From: an uncultured virus (IMG/VR IMGVR_UViG_3300033994_001671)
Lineage: Duplodnaviria; Heunggongvirae; Uroviricota; Caudoviricetes
Reading direction: 5' to 3' (one strand)
IMG/VR virus record: IMGVR_UViG_3300033994_001671
Coordinates: 1-64,000 of that record
Length of the DNA stretch: 64,000 nucleotides
A program made the translations under genes and the position numbers. Positions 31,668 through 41,300 of this stretch are shown here, piece by piece (positions within the stretch are counted from its first letter, which is position 1; each line of letters opens with the position of its first letter). The notes beneath the pieces were generated by a model. It saw nothing but the letters and a program-made list of their open reading frames with translations. It did no database searches and was not told the origin of the DNA.

Positions 31668-32912
31668 ATGAAAATTTTTATACAAGTTGCCTCTTACAGA
31701 GACCCCCAACTAATCCCAACTATACAGTCAGCATTGGAAAATGCTAAACGACCTGAAAACTTAGTTTTTGGTATTGCTCGTCAGTTTCATCCTGATGATA
31801 ATTTTGATAATTTAGATGAATATAGGAATGATGAAAGATTTAGAATAATCGATATTCCATACACCGAATCCAAAGGAGCTTGTTGGGCAAGAAATCAAAT
31901 ACAACAAGTATATGGTAAGGAAACTTACACTCTTCAAATTGACTCACACATGAGGTTTGCTCAAAATTGGGATGATGAGATGATTAAGATGGTTAAACAA
32001 CTTCAAAAGAAAGGATATAAGAAACCTTTATTAACAGGTTATGTTTCATCCTTTGACCCTGACAATGACCCCAACCTACGTGTTAACGAACCATGGAGAA
32101 TGGCGTTTGATAGATTTATTCCTGAAGGTGCGGTTTTCTTTTTACCTGAAACAATTCCTGGTTGGCAAAATTTAACTGAACCTGTTACCGCAAGATTTTA
32201 CTCGGCTCACTTCTGTTTTACTCTTGGAAAATTTGCTAAAGAAGTTCAACACGACCCTGAGTTTTATTTTCATGGTGAAGAGATTTCAATCGCTGCAAGA
32301 GCATACACTCATGGATATGATTTATTCCACCCACATAAAGTTTTAATTTGGCATGAATATACTCGTAAGGGTAGAACTAAACAATGGGATGACGATAAAC
32401 AATGGGTTGATAAGAATAATTTTGCTCATAAGAAAAATCGTTCTCTATTCGGTATGGATGGTGAGGAAGATATGAATCACGGGAAGTATGGGTTTGGTAA
32501 AGTTAGAACTTTAAGAGATTATGAAAAATATTCAGGTCTTTTATTTTCAAAGAGAGCCGTTCAACAATATACGTTAGATAAAGGTTATCCACCAAATCCA
32601 AATAACTTCAATTCAGAAGAAGAATGGTTAAAGTCATTTACATCGGTATTCAAACATTGTATTGATATTGGGTTTACTCAAGTACCTGAAAAGGATTATG
32701 ACTTTTGGGTTGTTGCGTTCCATAATGAATTAGATGAAACCATTTACAGACAAGATGCTGATAAAGGTGAGGTTGATAGAATGTTAAGAGACCCTGATGG
32801 TTATTGTAAAGTTTGGAGAGAGTTCTTAACTGATTCAAAACCTAAATATTGGGTTGTTTGGCCTCACTCGGAATCTAAAGGATGGTGTGATAGAATAACA
32901 GGAAATTTATAA
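31668..32912 (+). CDS. GT60-like polypeptide N-acetylglucosaminyltransferase (Skp1 GlcNAc-transferase-like)
   Basis: IFIQVASYRDP, SKGACWAR, LQIDSHMRF..NWD, FHGEEIS..ARAYTHGYD match recalled family motifs. Confidence 0.8.
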   Translation: MKIFIQVASYRDPQLIPTIQSALENAKRPENLVFGIARQFHPDDNFDNLDEYRNDERFRIIDIPYTESKGACWARNQIQQVYGKETYTLQIDSHMRFAQNWDDEMIKMVKQLQKKGYKKPLLTGYVSSFDPDNDPNLRVNEPWRMAFDRFIPEGAVFFLPETIPGWQNLTEPVTARFYSAHFCFTLGKFAKEVQHDPEFYFHGEEISIAARAYTHGYDLFHPHKVLIWHEYTRKGRTKQWDDDKQWVDKNNFAHKKNRSLFGMDGEEDMNHGKYGFGKVRTLRDYEKYSGLLFSKRAVQQYTLDKGYPPNPNNFNSEEEWLKSFTSVFKHCIDIGFTQVPEKDYDFWVVAFHNELDETIYRQDADKGEVDRMLRDPDGYCKVWREFLTDSKPKYWVVWPHSESKGWCDRITGNL

Positions 32913-32915
32913 GAT

Positions 32916-33626
32916 ATGAAATTTACATTTGCTACTTTTTGTTTTGGTGAAAGATATTATAACCAAGTTAATAGATTTATTGGTGATATCGTAGAATCGG
33001 ATTATAAAACAAATTTGGTTGTTATTACCGATGACCCAAGTAAGATTAATAATCAAGAATTTGTTCACACTTTCAACATTAATGATTTTAATCCAAATTA
33101 TTTGGAGTATGCTAAAAACTACTATGATTTTGATTTTTCAGTTAAGAGATATTCGTTAAGAGCTGCTTTAAGTATTGGTTTTACTAAAATGATTTTAGTT
33201 GATTGTGATATGAGAGTTAACCCATCTTTCTTTAATGAAGAAAAGATTTTAGGAGCGTTTGATGAGAATTGTTTATCAGGGCCAGTAACATATAATTTTA
33301 ACGAACAAGTTCATACCAATAGTGAATTAGGTAGACGATTACTTGAGTATGAAAAGTATTTCAATCATGAGGTTAATAAAGATAAGTTGGAGGTTATGCC
33401 TGAAGATTGTATCCAATACTTGAGTATTGATGAAGATAAGTTTAATAGTTTTTTAGATACTTGGGACAAGTGTATCGAATATAAAAAAGAAAAAGGTTTG
33501 AGAAACATACCCGCAGGTAACATAGACGAGATGTGTTTCTCGGCGTTATCTAATGGAATTGAAATAAAAAATAACGCTTATAAAGCATCAAATATAATAT
33601 ACGCAGAACATGACAAATGGTACTAA
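32916..33626 (+). CDS. Putative GT-A fold glycosyltransferase
   Basis: TFCFGERY, VVITDDP, ILVDCD (DxD); operon context. Confidence 0.55.
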   Translation: MKFTFATFCFGERYYNQVNRFIGDIVESDYKTNLVVITDDPSKINNQEFVHTFNINDFNPNYLEYAKNYYDFDFSVKRYSLRAALSIGFTKMILVDCDMRVNPSFFNEEKILGAFDENCLSGPVTYNFNEQVHTNSELGRRLLEYEKYFNHEVNKDKLEVMPEDCIQYLSIDEDKFNSFLDTWDKCIEYKKEKGLRNIPAGNIDEMCFSALSNGIEIKNNAYKASNIIYAEHDKWY

Positions 33627-34464
33627 AATAATTTCAGCAATTTATGAATTAAAATATGTTGAAGGGATTAATAGTGAAAGATATAAAAATTTTCCATTAT
33701 TGGTTGCAACGATTAAAAACATAATTTATCCTGAATATCGTTACGTAATTTATACTGACCAAAATTCATATGATAAGTTTAATTTAAAGTATGAATTTAA
33801 TTTCCCAAATGTTGAATTTAAATTTAAAGAATTAAATACATCTGAAACTTGTGAATTAATTGACAGAATTAGAACTCAAGAATTATCAGGTGGAATTAAC
33901 TATGATAGAATTTATTGTGTAAACAATTATTTGGAAGTTGTTTTAAATAAACTTCAATTCTTAATTGATGAGTCACATGATTGTGATAATATCTTTTGGA
34001 TTGATGCTGGTTTGATTGGAACATCTTGTCATGACGGGTGGAGAGATTATATGGCTCCGTTAATTAACTCAAAAAACTTTTTGGATAAGGTGGTTGATAA
34101 GATAAATCAACATGGATTTATCCATTTAAAAGGTAATTCAATTGTCATGAATTATGAAACGGTTGCTAAGTTTAACGACCTATTTGGTGTTGAATTAAAG
34201 GTTGTTCCTGGATGTCTATTTGGTGGAACATCAGAAAAAGTTAGACATATTTTAGACGGATATTTAGACATTTTTAATCAATACTTAACCACACATAACC
34301 AACTTATTAGTGAACAAGAGGTTCTTACGGCTATTACAGGTAAACATTCGGATGAATGTCACGCTTTTGAATTTGGTGATTGGTTAGACTTACAAAAAGC
34401 GTTTTTAGACATTTTAGACATTTATGATGAGACAAAATATGTAAGGGAGAAGTGTTATGTTTAG
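33610..34464 (+). CDS. WlaTC/HtrL-like putative glycosyltransferase
   Basis: VIYTD, NKLQFL, IFWIDAGL, GCLFGG, SEQEVL; paralogous to the N-half of the 35017 gene. Confidence 0.6.
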   Translation: MTNGTKIISAIYELKYVEGINSERYKNFPLLVATIKNIIYPEYRYVIYTDQNSYDKFNLKYEFNFPNVEFKFKELNTSETCELIDRIRTQELSGGINYDRIYCVNNYLEVVLNKLQFLIDESHDCDNIFWIDAGLIGTSCHDGWRDYMAPLINSKNFLDKVVDKINQHGFIHLKGNSIVMNYETVAKFNDLFGVELKVVPGCLFGGTSEKVRHILDGYLDIFNQYLTTHNQLISEQEVLTAITGKHSDECHAFEFGDWLDLQKAFLDILDIYDETKYVREKCYV

Positions 34465-35020
34465 TCTTAACATTGTTTGTACTTCAATTGGGAGAGAAAC
34501 TCTACCAAGATTAATTGAGTCATTCAAAGACCAATTAGACCCAACAGATATTTTTACAATAATCTCAGATATTAATCACGACTTTGTTTCAGAAGTATTA
34601 TCAAGATATGAGTTTAAATTCAAAGTTAATCACATATTAAATCAAGGGGAACAAAAATGGAAATACGGACATCCGTTAATTAATGAAAACATTAATTCAT
34701 TAGAAGGTGATTTTATAATGTTTGCCGATGATGATGATAGATACACTGAAGACGCATTTAAAGTAATCAAAGAAACTATTAAAGATAAAAACAAATTATA
34801 CATATTCAAACACAATTGGTTAGGTGATATTAATTGGAGATTAAAAGATTTCACAAGAGGTAATGTAGGGAAATGTATGGGAGTGATTCCAAACACACAT
34901 AATTTACCGATGTTCCAAGAAGATGTTTTTGGGGATGTTATTTTTTATGAAGAGATAGGTCAAATGTTTGAAAGTGAATTTGTTGATTACATAATCTATA
35001 AAGTTAGACATACGGAATGA
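34457..35020 (+). CDS. GT2-like glycosyltransferase
   Basis: CTSIGRETLPRLIES, GDFIMFADDDD. Confidence 0.75.
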   Translation: MFSLNIVCTSIGRETLPRLIESFKDQLDPTDIFTIISDINHDFVSEVLSRYEFKFKVNHILNQGEQKWKYGHPLINENINSLEGDFIMFADDDDRYTEDAFKVIKETIKDKNKLYIFKHNWLGDINWRLKDFTRGNVGKCMGVIPNTHNLPMFQEDVFGDVIFYEEIGQMFESEFVDYIIYKVRHTE

Positions 35021-36687
35021 GTAATATTACATTAGTTACAGGATTGTGGAATATTGGAAGAGAAAATCTTGAAGAAGGTTGGTCTCGTTCTTTTTCACAT
35101 TATTTAGAAAAATTTGAACAACTATTAAAAGTTGAAGAAAACTTAATAATTTTTGGTGAAAAGGAATTGGAGGAATTTGTTTGGGAAAGAAGAGACCAAA
35201 GTAATACCCAATTTATTTTAAGAGATAAGAGTTGGTTTGTTGAAAATGACTTTTACAATAAAATACAAGAAATTAGAAATAATCCTGAATGGTATAATCA
35301 ATCAGGGTGGTTAAAAGAATCAACACAAGGTAGATTGGAAATATACAATCCACTTGTTATGTCAAAAATGTTTATATTAAATGATGCAAGGATTTTTGAT
35401 AAGTTTAATTCAGAGTTTTTATTTTGGATTGACGCTGGACTTACAAATACTGTTCACCCCGGATATTTCACACATGATAAGGTGTTAGATAATTTAAGTA
35501 AGTATATAGATAAGTTTACATTTGTTTGTTTTCCATACGATGCAAGTAATGAGATACACGGATTTTCATATCCAAAGATTAATCAGTGGGCTGAAGATGA
35601 TGTAAAAAAAGTTGCTCGTGGTGGATTTTTTGGAGGTCCTAAAGAAACCATATCACAGATGAATGGTGAATACTATAACCTATTGAATGATACACTATCA
35701 AGTGGGTACATGGGAACGGAAGAGTCAATATTTTCAATAATGGTTTATAAGTTAAGTGAATACATAAATTATTTTGAAATTGAATATAATGGTTTATTTG
35801 GGAAATTCTTTGAGGATTTAAAAGATGATGTTTTAGTTAAAAAGACAGAGTTTGTTAAAATTCAAAATGATTTAGATATAGATAAAGTTGCGTTGTATGT
35901 AATAACATTCAATTCACCAAAACAATTTGAAACATTAATTAAATCTATGATTGAATATGATAGGGATTTCTTGGAAAAACCAAAGAAATTTTTATTGGAT
36001 AACTCTACAGATTTATCAACAACTGAAGAATACTTAAAACTTTGTAAAGAATATGACTTTGAACATATTAAAAAAGATAACATAGGTATTACAGGTGGAA
36101 GACAATGGACTGCGGAACACTTTGATGAAACGGGGTTGGACTATATGTTATTCTTTGAGGATGATATGTTTTTTTACTCACAAAAAAATGAAGTGTGTAG
36201 AAATGGGTTTAACAGATATGTAAGTAATCTATATCAAAAAAGTTTAGAGATAGTTAACAAAGAAAACTTTGATTTTTTAAAATTAAATTTTTCAGAGTTT
36301 TATGGTGATAATAGTACTCAGTGGAGTTGGTATAATGTTCCACAAAATTTCAGAGAACAACATTGGCCAAAAAATCCAAGATTACCTCAACAGGGTTTAG
36401 ACCCAAATGCTCCAAAAACAAAATTCAACGAGATTAAAACACATAAAGGTTTACCATACGCTTCAGGTGAAATTTATTTGTGTAACTGGCCAATAATCCT
36501 TTCAAAAAGTGGGAGTTATAAATGTTATTTGGAAACAAAATATCAACACCCATATGAACAAACTTTAATGTCTCATAACTTCCAAAACACAATTAAAGGT
36601 AAATTAAAACCAGGTATTTTATTACTCACTCCTACCGAACATGATAGATTTGAACATTATGATAGTAATTTAAGAAAAGAATGTTGA
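35017..36687 (+). CDS. Two-domain glycosyltransferase: HtrL-like + GT2-like
   Basis: ITLVTGLWNIGR, SKMFIL, FWIDAGL, GGFFGG, GTEE; then VITFNS, LLDNST, NIGITGGR, FFEDDM. Confidence 0.75.
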   Translation: MSNITLVTGLWNIGRENLEEGWSRSFSHYLEKFEQLLKVEENLIIFGEKELEEFVWERRDQSNTQFILRDKSWFVENDFYNKIQEIRNNPEWYNQSGWLKESTQGRLEIYNPLVMSKMFILNDARIFDKFNSEFLFWIDAGLTNTVHPGYFTHDKVLDNLSKYIDKFTFVCFPYDASNEIHGFSYPKINQWAEDDVKKVARGGFFGGPKETISQMNGEYYNLLNDTLSSGYMGTEESIFSIMVYKLSEYINYFEIEYNGLFGKFFEDLKDDVLVKKTEFVKIQNDLDIDKVALYVITFNSPKQFETLIKSMIEYDRDFLEKPKKFLLDNSTDLSTTEEYLKLCKEYDFEHIKKDNIGITGGRQWTAEHFDETGLDYMLFFEDDMFFYSQKNEVCRNGFNRYVSNLYQKSLEIVNKENFDFLKLNFSEFYGDNSTQWSWYNVPQNFREQHWPKNPRLPQQGLDPNAPKTKFNEIKTHKGLPYASGEIYLCNWPIILSKSGSYKCYLETKYQHPYEQTLMSHNFQNTIKGKLKPGILLLTPTEHDRFEHYDSNLRKEC

Positions 36688-36716
36688 TTTTTTGATATTT
36701 ATTTAAAAAACTATTA

Positions 36717-37085
36717 ATGGAATTTTTTATTAACAAAGGTGCAACACTGCCTGTTCTTAAAATGCAAGTGGTTAAAGATGGTATTGCTGACATAACAGAG
36801 TTTATGTCATTAATAGAAAACTCGTTGATTTATTTTTCCATGATAGATGTTAAAACGGGAGGTTACAAGATTCTGAATAAGAAAGGAGGGTTTGTTGAAA
36901 AGACATTTATTGACCCAAACGCTGAGACAGAGTACTATGTTTATTATAAATTCACTTCAAGCGATACAAGTAGAGAGGGACTTTATGAAGGAGAGTTTGT
37001 TTTTATCACTGATACAGGAACTTATATTTTACCAATCAGAGAAAAACTTACGATAAAAATTGGTAATAGTTACGTATCTATTTAA
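36717..37085 (+). CDS. BppU-like (baseplate upper protein N-terminal-like) small structural protein
   Basis: FFINKGATLPVL...YKFTSSDT...GLYEGEF...LP pattern. Confidence 0.55.
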   Translation: MEFFINKGATLPVLKMQVVKDGIADITEFMSLIENSLIYFSMIDVKTGGYKILNKKGGFVEKTFIDPNAETEYYVYYKFTSSDTSREGLYEGEFVFITDTGTYILPIREKLTIKIGNSYVSI

Positions 37086-37086
37086 T

Positions 37087-38295
37087 ATGGAATGGTTTAT
37101 TAAGAAAAATTCAACGTTACCAGTTTTCCAAGTTGAGATATCAAAAGACGGAAGAAGTGATTTTGGTTTAGATGAAAATATTTCGGGTAATACAATTTTA
37201 ATTTCGGTATATGATGAAGTTAATAAGAAATATATTGTAGCGTCTAAAGAATGTTATATTACAACAAGTGCGTCTACTGTTAATCCTTTAGATATTACTT
37301 ATTATGTAAACTATCAATTTACAAGTAGAGAAACTAAAAATGAGGGTAAGTTTTTAGTTCAGTTTTTAAAACAATCATCTCAGGGTATTGTTATTATACC
37401 ATTACCTCAAAAAATTTATGTAAGTGTTCTTAGTAGTTTTAGTTTAAACTCTTACTCTTATCCGACTAATAATCCTTACATTATTGATAGACCATGTTGT
37501 AACGCACCAGCTCTACCTGCAACACCTACACCAACACCATCTATTACTCCAAGTGTTACTCCAACAATGTCTTTAACACCATCACTAACTCCAACTCTCA
37601 CACCTACAACAACTACAACACCTACATTTACTCCTACACCATCTATTACAACACCACAATATTATGCTTATGTATTCGCAGAACCACAAGATTCTTCGGC
37701 AAGTGGTTCGTTGTATGGATTAGGAAGTTATATGTATTACTTATCGGATGGTATAACACCTGATACTAATGTTAATTGGTACGGATGGGGTAACTCGGGA
37801 GCTCTTCCATTACCAACAAATCCAAACTACAGTTATATGATGAACAAATACTCATCATACTCAGGATTTACAGGTGGAACAGGAAACTTTGTTAAACCTA
37901 CAGACTTAAAAGGTGCGTTAAATCAATTCCCAAATACTATCAATGATAGTTTTGGATGTTTAATTAACCAATACACTTTTGAAACAATAGAAGTTAATAA
38001 TAGTGATATTAACACTAGTTTACAGTACATGTATACGATTTGGATACCACTTGATGGTGTCGGAGGAACTTTAAATAATATGAGTGTAAATGTTGGTTAT
38101 CAATCACAACCTTGTGACTTTGATATTTTAGCAACTCCTGACCCTAAAATTTCGGTTGGGGATATTACAATAACTCCAGGTGGAGCGATACCTGCGGGAA
38201 CTTATAGAGTATTATACTTATCAAACGATGGATTGTTACCTCCAAAACTTCCTGATAATAACAATTATTATTTCAAAGGGGTGTATAAAACCTAA
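37087..38295 (+). CDS. BppU-like domain + Thr-Pro linker + domain shared with 25870 gene
   Basis: MEWFIKKNSTLPVF paralogous to 36717 gene; TPTPT linker; YAYVFAEP..GSYM..TYRVLY..YYFKG. Confidence 0.7.
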   Translation: MEWFIKKNSTLPVFQVEISKDGRSDFGLDENISGNTILISVYDEVNKKYIVASKECYITTSASTVNPLDITYYVNYQFTSRETKNEGKFLVQFLKQSSQGIVIIPLPQKIYVSVLSSFSLNSYSYPTNNPYIIDRPCCNAPALPATPTPTPSITPSVTPTMSLTPSLTPTLTPTTTTTPTFTPTPSITTPQYYAYVFAEPQDSSASGSLYGLGSYMYYLSDGITPDTNVNWYGWGNSGALPLPTNPNYSYMMNKYSSYSGFTGGTGNFVKPTDLKGALNQFPNTINDSFGCLINQYTFETIEVNNSDINTSLQYMYTIWIPLDGVGGTLNNMSVNVGYQSQPCDFDILATPDPKISVGDITITPGGAIPAGTYRVLYLSNDGLLPPKLPDNNNYYFKGVYKT

Positions 38296-38325
38296 AAAAA
38301 AGATAATTATTAGTAAGTAAAAAAA

Positions 38326-41300
38326 ATGGCAATACCGTATCAAAATCCAATAAGTGCGTCCCAAATTACAGGACCTTTCAGTGTAGCGAGAACAAGTCCA
38401 TACGGAACCAATTTTAATGTTTTAAATGTTGGTGGATGGCAAGAGGCGGCATACCTTACTAATTTAGGTTTAACATTTAGTGGGCAAGGACAACAACAAT
38501 TAAGTGTTAATAATATACCTATTAATATTAACATTGGTAACGGTACATTTTCTCCAACATATTTAACTTTAAATTCTGACAATTTCTCTTCGGGTAGAAG
38601 AAGATTGGGTATGATTGTTTGGGTTAATGAAACTGAAACGGCATATCAATATCAAATAGACAATTACAATGATTTATGGGATGCTGCAGTAAGTGCTAAT
38701 TCTGTAACTCAATTATCTTACGAAACTATTATAAAGAATAATACACCTGAAGGTCAGGCATTTATTAATGCTTGGACAGGCTCAACTATTGAAGGTGTTA
38801 GTGGTGTTACAAGAGAAAATGCGAGATGGAGAGTTTTTGCTCAAGGTACTGAATTAACGGGTGGTACTTATTTTTCAGGTACAAGTACATTAGAATTATA
38901 TAATAGTGATGGAACTATTATTTCTGTAACAGGTATTACGGCATCTGGTTCTAATGGTAGTTCTGGAACATCAGGTTCTGCGGGTACAAGTGGTTCTTCA
39001 GGTAGCTCTGGTTCTTCAGGTTCAGCAGGTACAAGTGGAACTTCAGGTAGTTCTGGTTCATCAGGTAGTTCTGGTTCTGCGGGTACATCAGGAACAAGTG
39101 GAACGTCTGGTTCATCAGGGGATAGCGGTTCTTCGGGAAGTGCTGGAACTAGCGGTAGTTCAGGTAGTGCTGGAACATCAGGTATTAATGGTGTTGATGG
39201 TGCAAGTGGAACATCAGGTACAAGTGGTTCATCAGGACTATCAGGTACTGGAGGTTCTTCGGGTACATCAGGAACATCTGGCTCCTCAGGTTCATCAGGT
39301 TCTTCAGGAAGTGTGGGAACAAGTGGAACGTCAGGTTCTTCGGGAAGTTCTGGTACAAGCGGAACTTCAGGAACTTCAGGTTCAAGTGGTTCATCGGGAA
39401 GTTCAGGTTCAAGTGGTTCATCGGGTACATCAGGTAGTACTGGTACTAGTGGTAGTAGTGGAACAAGCGGAACGTCGGGTTCATCAGGTTCTGCGGGAAG
39501 TAGTGGTTTATCAGGTAGTGTTGGAACATCTGGCTCAAGTGGTAGTTCAGGTAGTTCTGGTTCATCAGGTACATCTGGCTCAAGTGGTAGCTCTGGTTCA
39601 ACAGGTTCGTCAGGTAGTAGTGGTATAACTGGGTCTTCAGGTACGAGTGGTAGTTCTGGCACATCAGGTTCATCTGGTAGTTCAGGTTCTTCAGGTTCAT
39701 CTGGTAGTTCAGGTTCTTCAGGTAGTACTGGTTCATCAGGAACTAGCGGAACATCAGGAACATCAGGTACAAGTGGTAGTTCAGGTTCTACAGGAACATC
39801 GGGTTCTACAGGAACATCGGGTTCATCAGGTAGTAGTGGCTCAAGTGGAAGTTCAGGATTGACAGGTTCATCAGGAACATCGGGTTCATCAGGGACATCG
39901 GGTTCATCAGGTAGTTCTGGTTCAAGTGGTAGTAGCGGAAGTACAGGGTCTTCGGGCACAAGTGGTAGTTCTGGTACATCAGGTTCATCAGGAAGTTCAG
40001 GTTCATCAGGTTCTAGCGGTAGTGTTGGAACTTCGGGAACAAGTGGTTCAAGTGGAAGTTCAGGTTCTTCAGGAAGTGTAGGAACATCAGGTACAAGTGG
40101 AAGTTCAGGTTCGTCTGGCTCAAGTGGAAATACAGGTTCAAGTGGAACGAGTGGTTCATCAGGTACATCTGGCTCAAGTGGTAGTTCAGGTTCGTCTGGC
40201 TCAAGTGGTTCAAGTGGAAGTTCAGGTTCATCTGGAAGTGTAGGAACATCAGGTACAAGTGGTAGTTCAGGTTCTTCAGGTAGTTCAGGTGTTAATGGTT
40301 CTTCAGGGACTAGTGGTAGTTCGGGAACATCTGGTTCTTCAGGAAGTTCGGGTTCATCAGGTTCTAGTGGTAGTTCAGGAACATCTGGCTCAAGCGGGTC
40401 TTCTGGTTCAAGTGGAAGTACTGGTTCTTCAGGAAGTGCAGGTACATCGGGTAGTGTAGGAACTAGCGGTAGTTCTGGTTCATCTGGTTCTTCAGGTAGT
40501 ACTGGCTCAAGTGGTACTTCAGGTTCTTCGGGAAGTTCTGGTACTAGTGGTTCATCAGGTAGTGTAGGTACTAGTGGTTCATCAGGTAGTTCTGGTTCAA
40601 GTGGTAGTAGCGGAAGTACAGGGTCTTCTGGTACAAGTGGGAGCTCAGGAACATCTGGTACAAGCGGTAGTTCTGGGTCATCTGGTTCAGTTGGTACAAG
40701 CGGTTCATCAGGTAGTGTTGGAACATCTGGTTCATCAGGTTCTGTTGGTACTTCAGGAACATCGGGTTCATCAGGTAGTACTGGTTCAAGTGGAAGTTCA
40801 GGAAGTAGTGGTAGTGTAGGAACAAGTGGTTCTTCAGGGACATCTGGCTCAACAGGTACTTCAGGAACATCAGGTTCAAGTGGGTCTTCAGGTAGTTCGG
40901 GTTCATCAGGAAGTTCAGGTACAAGCGGAACATCAGGTTCAGTAGGAACAAGTGGTTCATCGGGAAGTTCAGGGTCAACAGGAACTTCAGGTTCAAGTGG
41001 GTCTTCAGGTAGTTCAGGAAGTAGCGGAACATCTGGTTCTAGTGGAAGTGTTGGAACTTCTGGTACATCAGGAACAAGTGGTTCATCGGGAAGTTCTGGT
41101 TCTGCCGGTACAAGTGGAAGTGTAGGAACAAGTGGTACTTCAGGTTCATCTGGCTCAAGTGGAAGTTCAGGTTCAACAGGTAGTTCAGGTACTAGCGGTT
41201 CATCTGGAAGTTCTGGTTCTGCAGGTACAAGTGGAAGTTCTGGTTCTTCAGGTAGTACGGGTTCAAGAGGAACTAGCGGAACATCAGGAAGTTCTGGTTC

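Noticed and set aside
31668..36687. Glycosyltransferases as DNA-hypermodification enzymes
   Set aside because: Not excluded, but disfavoured: no base hydroxymethylase or related genes nearby, the lead enzyme resembles protein-acting GT60, and the context is structural
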